64,000 nt of DNA from a virus (lineage: Duplodnaviria > Caudoviricetes): the IMG/VR virus record IMGVR_UViG_3300032132_000748; one strand, written 5' to 3'. The translations under genes were made by a program, and so were the position numbers. How positions within the stretch are numbered: the stretch's first letter is position 1; every line of letters begins with the position of its first letter. Under the pieces are notes generated by a model. That model was not told where the DNA came from. It saw only the letters and a list, made by a program, of their open reading frames with translations, and searched no databases. Shown one piece after another: positions 38,235 to 46,947 of the stretch.

Positions 38235-39020
38235 CTATTTTTTCTTATTTTTGCGCTTTTTAAGCTTTTTACTTTTCTTTTTAAGTCTCTGACCTTCTCC
38301 ATTCTTTATATCTTCCATAAATTTAGTCAAATTTGCCGCATTACTTGACGCATATCTGCCCGCAGCTAATTTTCTTACTTTATAGATATAAGATGACTCA
38401 TAGCTTTCCCGCATAGCCGGAGTCACTGGATGTTTTCTACGTCTATTAGTTGTGATTCTCCAGGCTTTAATTCCTGTAATTAGATCTAGAACAATATCTC
38501 CCACTTGAGGTTCATTTCGAGTTCTAGTTCTTTTAAGAAATACTGCGCTTTTATTATAGTGCAGCTTAAATCTAATGACTTCGCCTTCTGGGCCTAAGCA
38601 TTCTTCATAGTGCGCGACGGTTGCATGTTCTTCTTCATCAGAAGTTCTAGTAAGGCGTGATCGAGAAGTTCCGTTACAAGCTTCTTTTCTTCTTTGTAGC
38701 ATGTTTAGACAATCTAGATTTAGATCTCGGGGGCGGGTAGTAGGTCCGCAGGTAGCATCGACGCTTGATTCTATGTCTGAGCAGTCAGTTGAGGTGTTTC
38801 CTTTTCTTCGATTTTTTCTTCGTCTATTTCTCTTATCTGCTCGTGCCACAACCTTTTGAGCTTCTTCAATTTCATCTATATGATCTTGCTGCTCTCTTCT
38901 GCCCATGCAAGAAGCCTTAATGAGAAATTTACGTGCATCTGATACGCTAAAAGTCAGCTTTGACCTTCCGGCAGCGTCACTGACGGTAGGATTTCTTCTG
39001 AAATGTCTGTAGCTTCCCAT
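38235..39020 (-). CDS. basic hypothetical protein
   Basis: GGAG RBS, poly-Lys C-terminus. Confidence 0.7.
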   Translation of the reverse strand: MGSYRHFRRNPTVSDAAGRSKLTFSVSDARKFLIKASCMGRREQQDHIDEIEEAQKVVARADKRNRRRKNRRKGNTSTDCSDIESSVDATCGPTTRPRDLNLDCLNMLQRRKEACNGTSRSRLTRTSDEEEHATVAHYEECLGPEGEVIRFKLHYNKSAVFLKRTRTRNEPQVGDIVLDLITGIKAWRITTNRRRKHPVTPAMRESYESSYIYKVRKLAAGRYASSNAANLTKFMEDIKNGEGQRLKKKSKKLKKRKNKKK

Positions 39021-39133
39021 ATTTACTCCGAGTATAGATTAAGTTTAGCAAACTATGGTTTAAAAAGAAACTTGAATATTGTCTTGAGGAGTTGCTATTT
39101 AAAATAGTTCTGCTACCATGTTAATATAAGCCT

Positions 39134-39475
39134 ATGAAATATTTACATGTAATTTTAGCAGTCTTCTTATGTTTTGGTAGTTCCGGATGTGCGTTACTTA
39201 CTGGCATACCTCCAGAGGCTAAGCAAAAAGCAGATGAAAATGCTAAACTCTCCGATGCCTTTGTTACGATGATGGATGCCGGAAGCACAACTCGCGAACA
39301 TGAGCAGCGTTTTATCCGTGCCAGCCGCAGAGCTTGGCATGCCATGAATTACGCTATAAACGATGAGCCTTTGCCTAGAGATATAGAGATTTGGTTCAGG
39401 AGACAACAACTAGGGATGCAAAATGATAACTCTGCTGCCACCCCAAGAACACCCGTAAGGAGGTCCAATAAATGA
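39134..39475 (+). CDS. putative lipoprotein
   Basis: MKY + hydrophobic stretch + SSGC lipobox-like. Confidence 0.7.
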   Translation: MKYLHVILAVFLCFGSSGCALLTGIPPEAKQKADENAKLSDAFVTMMDAGSTTREHEQRFIRASRRAWHAMNYAINDEPLPRDIEIWFRRQQLGMQNDNSAATPRTPVRRSNK

Positions 39476-39948
39476 GCAAAGTAGAAGATTTCTTAAGAAA
39501 ACAAGCTGAAGAACAGCTAGGTAACGCAGCTAAAGCTGTTGAAGATGGTGCTTGGTTTGACGATCTTGTCAGCAAAATGAACTCCGTTGTCGATAAAGGT
39601 GTTGCTGATCCTGATTCAAGCTTAAATCCTGCAGTGGCCACCGCCACAAAAGAAGCCATAGGGGCTCTTGAGGCTAACAAAGATAGCATCGTTGGCTTAG
39701 GTGGTGAAGCTTTCACTTTGATGATGTCACAGCTTGCTTCAGGTAATGATAAAGAAGCTGCGAATACGTATATCCAATCCCTTGGATCTGCTGATCTTAT
39801 TATTGAAGCAATGGATCGAGGCACCTACGGTCTTATTGAAGCTAAGAAGCAAATAGATGATTGGTGGGATAATGCATGGAAAGTTATTAAAGACGTTGCT
39901 ATAAAAGGAGCACAATATTTGCTGCCACTTTTGCTAGCATTGGTGTAG
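39472..39948 (+). CDS. hypothetical protein
   Basis: AGGAGG RBS; hydrophobic C-terminus. Confidence 0.75.
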   Translation: MSKVEDFLRKQAEEQLGNAAKAVEDGAWFDDLVSKMNSVVDKGVADPDSSLNPAVATATKEAIGALEANKDSIVGLGGEAFTLMMSQLASGNDKEAANTYIQSLGSADLIIEAMDRGTYGLIEAKKQIDDWWDNAWKVIKDVAIKGAQYLLPLLLALV

Positions 39949-40223
39949 TGAAACTTTCCGCAAAAGATGTTGCATCTCTAGCATTAAAACGAGCGCCTAC
40001 ACGAAAATGGTGTTATTTATGGGTCCAACCGGTAAATAACACCAGAAACTTCCAAGCTTTTTCTTTAATTCCCCCTTTTTCTCAAAAGGAATGGGTATGT
40101 GTCGGTAAGATACAAGGAATTAAAGCGGCTAAGAATACTAATATTGAATATTTAGCAGATCGTATTATCTGGACGCTAGAAATGCATAAAAGCTTTAATT
40201 ATGCAGAACCTAACCCTTCTTAA
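39948..40223 (+). CDS. hypothetical protein
   Basis: Start overlaps upstream stop. Confidence 0.5.
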   Translation: MKLSAKDVASLALKRAPTRKWCYLWVQPVNNTRNFQAFSLIPPFSQKEWVCVGKIQGIKAAKNTNIEYLADRIIWTLEMHKSFNYAEPNPS

Positions 40224-40671
40224 ATTTAGGAACTTTAACTTTCTTAAATTTAGGGACTTTAACCTTAGGGCTTAGGGCCACCTTAGGATGACTGAGTTTT
40301 GGCTCTTTACTTTGTCCATTACCCAGTATTAATGCGGTTCCAAGCATAGCGGCAGCACCTGCTGCCAGCTTTTTAGCCATCTCAGCCGACTTTTCAAAAG
40401 CCTTATCCACAGCCTCTGCTCCTACGTTTAAACTCAGATTTACTACTAGGCTACTGTTTGATACCATGAAATTTTTTCCTTGAAGGATGTCATCAGGGCT
40501 TAGAATTGGTATTGGAAGAGTGGTTTCATCCTCGTCTTCAATAATCGGGGTTACAACTCTTGTGCTAGGTTCAGCTAATCTATTTTTGGGGGTAACCTTT
40601 ACAGGCAGGGTTTGGTTCTGCTGTATTTCGACCAGTTTCTCAAGTGGAGATTTCTTTTTTGCCCGGCTCAT
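40210..40671 (-). CDS. hypothetical protein with KVKVPKFK repeat
   Basis: -10 box 6 nt before ATG; hydrophobic segment and basic repeat. Confidence 0.65.
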   Translation of the reverse strand: MSRAKKKSPLEKLVEIQQNQTLPVKVTPKNRLAEPSTRVVTPIIEDEDETTLPIPILSPDDILQGKNFMVSNSSLVVNLSLNVGAEAVDKAFEKSAEMAKKLAAGAAAMLGTALILGNGQSKEPKLSHPKVALSPKVKVPKFKKVKVPKFKKG

Positions 40672-40715
40672 ATCAGTATTTTAACCTATTAAGGGGCAGC
40701 TTCAACTTAAAAACG

Positions 40716-41666
40716 TTAGCCTTTACTCCGAAACAAGTAAAGAACTAGACCTATCCCCGCTAACACGAGTAAGGGATTCCACTTAGACTCGGTATCACCG
40801 TAGCCGCTTAATTCTTTTGCTTCGCTCTTAACGATTGCCGCTTTTCTTCGCAACTCTTTAATGGCAGCCTCTAGTTCGCTCTTAGTAGCTGTTCCCATCT
40901 TAACGTCCGCTGCAATCTGCTTTACTAACTCAGTTTGTTTTATGAGTTCATCGGATGTATAATTTACCTCTTTTACAACTTCTGTAGCTGCCCCGAATCC
41001 AGCTAAAGGCTTTGCGACAACTTTTGGCTGTGCATGGTATCCAGTGCCGCCGCCCATTATTTTTTCAGCTTCAGTTGAATATCCGGCGCTTTTTGGTTTT
41101 ATTTGTTGGGTGTCTCGACCATAAGCTGCTTGCTTTGCATGTGTTGCCTGCACTTTTGCTATCCTGGCGTTTTCTGCAGATCTCTTAGCTTCTATTTGTT
41201 GGCGTAATCTGGCTAATCTACCTTGTATTTCTTGAGTTTCAGAACTTACTATTGGGCCAGACTCATCATCCTCAAGAGGGGCATTGTCTTGTGCGCCCCC
41301 ACAAGCTACGTTTTGGAGTCGCTGTTTTAGTCGTTCCTTTTTTTCTTGTGCTACCGATACTCGGGTCTGATCCTTTTCTGCCGTATATAAATCTATTCTA
41401 ATTTGTTGGTAGTTAATTCCATGTTGAATAACTTTAGCCCACTTTTTTCCGCATTTAGGGGCATTTAAAAAAGGCTCTTTCATGCGCCTGAGTTTTTCTT
41501 TTGCTCTGTTTTTTTGTACCCTCAATGATCTAATATCTCCTGGCGCTGTCTTTGAAGCTACCGAACCATCATCTACCCCTATAGCCTCCGGTGGTATTGA
41601 ACCATCTGCTGGGGGTGGTGGTGATACAAAACCTTTTCCGAACCCTCCTAAATAACTATAAGACAT
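40716..41666 (-). CDS. hypothetical protein with C-terminal TM anchor
   Basis: TATAAT and AAGGAG upstream; WNPLLVLAGIGLVLYLFRSKG C-terminus. Confidence 0.8.
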   Translation of the reverse strand: MSYSYLGGFGKGFVSPPPPADGSIPPEAIGVDDGSVASKTAPGDIRSLRVQKNRAKEKLRRMKEPFLNAPKCGKKWAKVIQHGINYQQIRIDLYTAEKDQTRVSVAQEKKERLKQRLQNVACGGAQDNAPLEDDESGPIVSSETQEIQGRLARLRQQIEAKRSAENARIAKVQATHAKQAAYGRDTQQIKPKSAGYSTEAEKIMGGGTGYHAQPKVVAKPLAGFGAATEVVKEVNYTSDELIKQTELVKQIAADVKMGTATKSELEAAIKELRRKAAIVKSEAKELSGYGDTESKWNPLLVLAGIGLVLYLFRSKG

Positions 41667-41695
41667 GAATATACTCCTTTATGTATTATACAAAA

Positions 41696-41733
41696 ATAAA
41701 ACAGAGGAGCCAATTAAGTCTCCTCTGTTTTAT
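41696..41733 (-). terminator. intrinsic terminator after protamine-like gene
   Basis: ATAAAACAGAGGAG/CTCCTCTGTTTTAT inverted repeat. Confidence 0.75.
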
Positions 41734-41756
41734 GTTTTTCAGTCAGCTAATTAAAA

Positions 41757-42734
41757 TTAGCGACGGCTGCGACGGCGACGACGACGTCCACGCTTACGAC
41801 CACGCTTCTTAGCGCGCTTCATACGCTTACGACCACGTTTGCGTCCACGTTTTGCCTTACGACGACCACGTTTTGCACGACGGGTGCGCTTACGTCCACG
41901 TTTTGCCTTACGACGACCGCGACGCTTCATGCGCTTACGACCACGTTTTGCCTTACGACGACCGCGACGAGCTTTTCTACGTCCACGACGCTTCATGCTC
42001 TTCTTGGCGCGACGACGACCGCGACGACGGGCCTTCTTACGACCGCGTTTTGCCTTACGACGACCACGACGCTTCATGCTCTTCTTGGCGCGACGACGAC
42101 CGCGACGACGGGCCTTCTTACGACCACGCTTTGAACGACGCTTTAGGCGACGACGACCGCGTTTCTTGCCAACCTTAGCTAGCTTACGAACGCCACGAGC
42201 GCGGAGCCATTTACGGCCTGCCTTGGAGCGACGAAGGTGTTTAACTGCTTTGTTGTAGACCTTACGCTTAGCGATTGATCCACCTTTACCACCGCGAGCG
42301 ATGCAAGCTTTTGCTGAACGTAGGGTTGTAGCCTTACGAGTCTTGGGGCAACGGCTGCTCTTACGCTTACGTGCGGAAAGACGAGGACGACCAACCTTAC
42401 GCTTACGTCCACGACGCTTGGCCTTAGCCTTACGACGCTTCATCTTGCGCTTCTTGCCTTTCTTGCGACCGGCTTTGCCTAGCTTAGCCATTTTAATTTT
42501 GTTTGTGCGGCACCATGTGCGACCGGCTTTTGACCGACGTAGACGACGAACTGCTGCGTTATAAACGCGCTTGCCACGGATAGTCTTACCTTTTCCACGA
42601 CGGACGCATGCTTTAGCTGCGCGAACTGTTCCCTTTTTGCGGAGGGTTCTGCAACGAGTTCCCTTACGTTTACGGGCTGACAGCTTAGGACGACCTACCT
42701 TGCGGGGACGACCTCTTCTCTTTTTTCTTGCCAT
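41757..42734 (-). CDS. protamine-like Arg/Lys-rich protein
   Basis: 325 aa without Asp or Glu; AT-hook-like RGRP; duplicated ~65-aa unit; AAGGAG RBS; CGT-biased Arg codons. Confidence 0.85.
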   Translation of the reverse strand: MARKKRRGRPRKVGRPKLSARKRKGTRCRTLRKKGTVRAAKACVRRGKGKTIRGKRVYNAAVRRLRRSKAGRTWCRTNKIKMAKLGKAGRKKGKKRKMKRRKAKAKRRGRKRKVGRPRLSARKRKSSRCPKTRKATTLRSAKACIARGGKGGSIAKRKVYNKAVKHLRRSKAGRKWLRARGVRKLAKVGKKRGRRRLKRRSKRGRKKARRRGRRRAKKSMKRRGRRKAKRGRKKARRRGRRRAKKSMKRRGRRKARRGRRKAKRGRKRMKRRGRRKAKRGRKRTRRAKRGRRKAKRGRKRGRKRMKRAKKRGRKRGRRRRRRSRR

Positions 42735-42867
42735 TTTAAATCTCCTTGTAACAAAGAACTGTTTTTTTGTTTCCTTGATATATCAAGATTACAAAAAATC
42801 ACATGATTATGTCAATCTTTTTTTGCATTTTTCTCTATTTTTCTCTATTTAATGATGAATTAAATAC

Positions 42868-42904
42868 AAAAACGGCCCAAAAATCTCGTTTTTGGGCCGT
42901 TTTT
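42868..42904 (-). terminator. intrinsic terminator after rpsA
   Basis: AAAAACGGCCCAAAAA/TTTTTGGGCCGTTTTT. Confidence 0.75.
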
Positions 42905-42924
42905 ACGTCATTTTTTGGATTTAA

Positions 42925-44274
42925 TTAATCAAAAGCAAGTGATATTTTCTTTCTAGAAGTGTCTATTCGTAGGACAGTGACATTAACTTCGTCCCCTAAA
43001 TGAAGGTCTTTAGACGTTACAGTATGGTGAGCAAGCCCTTCTACCCCTTTTTCTAATTCAACAAAAATACCGAAATTCATTTTACTAGTAACTTTGCCTA
43101 AGGTAGAACCTCCTACTAAGTAGCGGTCAGCAATTGTTTCCCAAGGATCGGCACTTATTTGTTTTAAACCTAGAGATAAGTGTTTCTTCTCAGCGTCAAT
43201 ACCCAGAATAACTACTTCAACTTTTTCGCCTTCCGTTAATATCTCTTTAGGATGTTTAATGTGAACTGACCAGCTTAAGTCGCTTACGTGAATAAGGCCA
43301 TTAATTCCTGGCTCAATTTCTACAAAAACACCATAGGGAACTATTGTTCCCACTTCTCCTACTACTCGATCATCGATATTATATTTGCTGACTAGTTCGT
43401 TCCAAGTAGGCTCAGTTACTTGTCTAATACCTAGAGAAATTCTATTTTGTTTTTTATCTATTTTGATGATTTTAGATTTAATTTTTTGCCCTATCTCTAG
43501 GGTTTCGGTGCCTTTATCAGAATCGTGGCATAGACCAATAATTCCATTTCCTATCTGAATAAATACTCCAAAGGCAGTAATATTTTTAACAGTTCCGTCA
43601 ACTACGGCGTCAACATACAGCCCCTCTAAGTAAGTTTCTTTAGCAATACGCCTAACCTCATTTGCATAGCACTGTCGTGTTAGGGTTACGTAGGCATCAT
43701 TAATTGATTCAATATCTGCTTCGATCTCTGAATCTATTAACACTTCTGGATCTTGACCTGGTGGGTAGAGCAAGAATTCTTGGTTTGATGGTAGTGTGGC
43801 AGGTAGCCCGCCAATATCTACCAACCATCCCATCTTGGTTCTTTGGATGAGTCTGCCTACTATTTTTTGGCCGACTTCGATTTCAGTTAAGACTTTTCTC
43901 TGCTGAATAATAAGATCAACGTTGGATCTAGCTAACTGGACTGCTCCGTCTTTAGTGATGTTTTTAACAAGGAATTTTGTTTCATCACCAATATCAAGAT
44001 CCTCATTAACAAATGTTTCACTTTCTCTATAAGGCACTAAGCCTTCTGTTTTGTGACCAAAATCTACAAGAACATAATCATTTCTTATGATCGCAACTCG
44101 ACCGTCTACGATATCTCCAACCGCAACGTTAGGTTTAACTCTCAAAAGCTCGTTATTATAGAGCAGTTCATCCATATCCACGTCTTGGAATATTTCGAGC
44201 ATCTGTTTTTCGAGTTCTTCTTCCGACGGAAGGAAGCGTCTCAAGGAATTTTTTACTTTATCGCTAGTTAGCAT
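42925..44274 (-). CDS. rpsA: 30S ribosomal protein bS1
   Basis: Five S1 repeats incl. VDFGHKTEG and YGVFVEIEPGINGLIHVSDLSW...SLGLKQ. Confidence 0.9.
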   Translation of the reverse strand: MLTSDKVKNSLRRFLPSEEELEKQMLEIFQDVDMDELLYNNELLRVKPNVAVGDIVDGRVAIIRNDYVLVDFGHKTEGLVPYRESETFVNEDLDIGDETKFLVKNITKDGAVQLARSNVDLIIQQRKVLTEIEVGQKIVGRLIQRTKMGWLVDIGGLPATLPSNQEFLLYPPGQDPEVLIDSEIEADIESINDAYVTLTRQCYANEVRRIAKETYLEGLYVDAVVDGTVKNITAFGVFIQIGNGIIGLCHDSDKGTETLEIGQKIKSKIIKIDKKQNRISLGIRQVTEPTWNELVSKYNIDDRVVGEVGTIVPYGVFVEIEPGINGLIHVSDLSWSVHIKHPKEILTEGEKVEVVILGIDAEKKHLSLGLKQISADPWETIADRYLVGGSTLGKVTSKMNFGIFVELEKGVEGLAHHTVTSKDLHLGDEVNVTVLRIDTSRKKISLAFD

Positions 44275-44382
44275 AGTTCTCTCACCTAAAGGTTTATGTC
44301 TAAAGAGTAATACGAGAGAGGGCTTTGAACAAGTTTTGGACAATATAAGTAATTTCTAGTTAAAATAGCTAAAATAGAGTAA

Positions 44383-45519
44383 ATGAACGATAAACTCAAT
44401 CAACTGGCTAAACAGCTCCATGAGCGAAATATGACTCCTGCTGATTTATGTGGGAAAAGAGAATTTAAAAGAAATTATGTGTATCTGCTTGCTTATACCT
44501 ACTATTTGATGAGTTTAAATAATCAAAATACTAGAAACCAATACAAGGCGGTTATTGATCATTTTACAAGATATATGGCCAATATAAGAGGAAATACTCC
44601 GCTAGACACTATTGGAGTAGACGTGAGTCTCTGGAGAAATGATTTAATCAGAACAGGGGGTGTCGGTGGCTCTCCACCTAATAAAAACTTGTCACGGTAT
44701 GAGCCTCACGAAAAGAGTTCTGTTCATAACAAGGTTTCTATACTCTCAGCCTTCTTTAAATTTCTACAAAAACCGGGCCTAGATGGCTCGCCCCCTCTCG
44801 TGAAATATAATCCGGTTGATGCATTACTAGATAGATTTAAGATTGAAAAGTATGGACGGTCAAAGAAAATAAGTATTGACGCACTTAAAGATATATTAAA
44901 AGTTATGGATATTAAAACTATAAAAGGATTGAGAGACTATACCCTTATATATGGTTTTTTTCTTACCGGACGTAGAAACACTGAATGGGTGACCCTTCAA
45001 TGGAAGCAATTAAACTTTAATACAGACCCCATCACCTACAGCTTCACTAGAAAAGGGCAGAAAGCCTCTGTTGATGAAGTTCCAGATGAGCTTCTTAGCG
45101 TTCTTATCACCTACATCACAAAAAGATGGGGAGAGAACTTTATTGAGGATATAGATGGGGAGACCTACCTCTTCACTGCTATGCCAGGCAGGGGAGGAAC
45201 TAGGCAAATCATAGACCCTAATCAGCCTTTGACGGAACGTTCGATGTTGCGTATTGTCAAAGGATATGCAAAAGATGCTGGTCTAGATGTAGAGAAGATA
45301 ACGGTTCACTCCCTCCGCCACCTTCACGCGCAATCCTACCTTGAGGCTGGGGCCAGTGTAGAGGAAGTTCGTGCTCGTCTAGGCCACGCTAGCTTGGCTA
45401 CAACGCAGCGCTACCTTGCTTCAATGCAACAAGGCAAGAATAGGCTAGCATCGAAGCTGGATGCAATGCTTAGAGATAAGCCGCCTATCGATAACGATGG
45501 GCCTTCCACTGACGCCTAG
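44383..45519 (+). CDS. tyrosine recombinase/integrase (XerC/D-like)
   Basis: LTGRR.E, K, HSLRH, LGHASLATTQRY catalytic residues. Confidence 0.93.
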   Translation: MNDKLNQLAKQLHERNMTPADLCGKREFKRNYVYLLAYTYYLMSLNNQNTRNQYKAVIDHFTRYMANIRGNTPLDTIGVDVSLWRNDLIRTGGVGGSPPNKNLSRYEPHEKSSVHNKVSILSAFFKFLQKPGLDGSPPLVKYNPVDALLDRFKIEKYGRSKKISIDALKDILKVMDIKTIKGLRDYTLIYGFFLTGRRNTEWVTLQWKQLNFNTDPITYSFTRKGQKASVDEVPDELLSVLITYITKRWGENFIEDIDGETYLFTAMPGRGGTRQIIDPNQPLTERSMLRIVKGYAKDAGLDVEKITVHSLRHLHAQSYLEAGASVEEVRARLGHASLATTQRYLASMQQGKNRLASKLDAMLRDKPPIDNDGPSTDA

Positions 45520-45628
45520 CTCGTTTTCGCCAAAGCCGTTTCAGAGCCTTGCGCTCACTCCGGCAATTCCACCAATCATGGCACAAGCACCACCCCTGGT
45601 TATGGGGTGATGCTCCGTATGCCCGCAC

Positions 45629-46594
45629 TTACTGCCCCTCTCCGAAGTAGTCATACATCAGGTCGTAGGTGACGAAGAACTTGCAGAGTGCCTTGACGAT
45701 GTTGTATCGACTGGCACTCCAGTAAGCCTTGCGTCCGGTCCAAGCTTCCGACTGTCCGAAGATGAATTTCATCAACCGGTCGATGTCTTCGGTTCTACGA
45801 AGCAGAACTCGGTTTTCGCACTTGGTGCTATCGTGGCTTTCGTTGGTCGTGGTAGCGAGAATGTGAGCCAACGTGCCAGGGCGATACGAACCCTCTATCG
45901 GCTCGTAGGTAGTCTCTTCGGAGCGGAAGAGATAGCCGTATCTGCTGGCAGGCTGATAGCGGTAAACCCATCGCTTGTGCTCTGTAACCTTGACGCAAGG
46001 GTCATCGGCTTTGCAGGGACGATAAGCGTAGTCTTTGCAGACCTTGTTCAAACGCTTGTGACGAGTTTCAAAAGCTTCTTTCAAAGCCTTGTGGAACACG
46101 TCGCGGGTGAAGATGATGGGGACGCTGCGAACGCGATTCCAGCTACGGAATGCGTAGCGGTTGAAATCGTATTCCGGGTTCAGGAAGTGGCCCAAAGCGT
46201 GTTCGCGAATCAGGTCCGCAGGACCGCCAATGAGCCCAGAGATGGTGAAATAGCGAGCTTCAACATCCTCTTCGGGGATGTCCTTAGTGCGTGCGTTGCA
46301 CCACCGGACAAAGTGGCTGATCTTGTCAGCCCCTCTGCGGTCTCTAACCATCGTACGAAGGTCACGCTTACGTATGCCTTCGCTGTCGTTGATGCGAAGC
46401 ATCAACTCGGAGTCGTCGTGGAAGACCTCCTCCACGTCATCATCGTAACCGATGATACCGCCCACATCGCGCAGTGCCTGTCGGACCTGATGTCGATGTG
46501 CGCGGTTGATACGGGACCTCTCATCCCGTGCGCCCTTCCGGCCTCGGCTCGGAAGGATGGAGCGAGTCATCTCGCGGATCTTGTCTTTGTGCAT
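45629..46594 (-). CDS. hypothetical protein
   Basis: GAGG RBS; promoter upstream. Confidence 0.8.
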   Translation of the reverse strand: MHKDKIREMTRSILPSRGRKGARDERSRINRAHRHQVRQALRDVGGIIGYDDDVEEVFHDDSELMLRINDSEGIRKRDLRTMVRDRRGADKISHFVRWCNARTKDIPEEDVEARYFTISGLIGGPADLIREHALGHFLNPEYDFNRYAFRSWNRVRSVPIIFTRDVFHKALKEAFETRHKRLNKVCKDYAYRPCKADDPCVKVTEHKRWVYRYQPASRYGYLFRSEETTYEPIEGSYRPGTLAHILATTTNESHDSTKCENRVLLRRTEDIDRLMKFIFGQSEAWTGRKAYWSASRYNIVKALCKFFVTYDLMYDYFGEGQ

Positions 46595-46676
46595 GATAGT
46601 ACCTCTTTCAGCATGTACTAATCATGGCACCTCCTTCTCCAGCGTAGTGTGAACATGGGTTCTCCTGTGAGGGCGT

Positions 46677-46705
46677 ATGGTAGCAAACGGGCTGCACAGA
46701 GTCAA
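46677..46705 (-). promoter_or_regulatory. sigma70-like promoter
   Basis: TTGACT-N17-TACCAT with extended -10 TG. Confidence 0.6.
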
Positions 46706-46947
46706 GGGTCGTGTACACGATTGGGGCCTCCTACACGCGATGGACGTGCGGAGGCCCCTGGCCTGTCACCTTGAATGAGTGCTTGACTCTGGCTCCTGGC
46801 GTGCTAGGATGCGGGATTCGCCAGGACTGCGCTGCCGCAGCCGAAGCCCAAGAGCGCCAACAGATGGGAGGCCCTATGCATCGTTCGTTGCTGTCACTGT
46901 GCCTGCCCCTGTGCAGGCGCATCCTAGACCCTGATGTTGGCTCTGTG

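Noticed and set aside
41839-42852. Plus-strand Arg-rich ORFs
   Set aside because: Antisense to the protamine-like gene, which has the RBS and terminator
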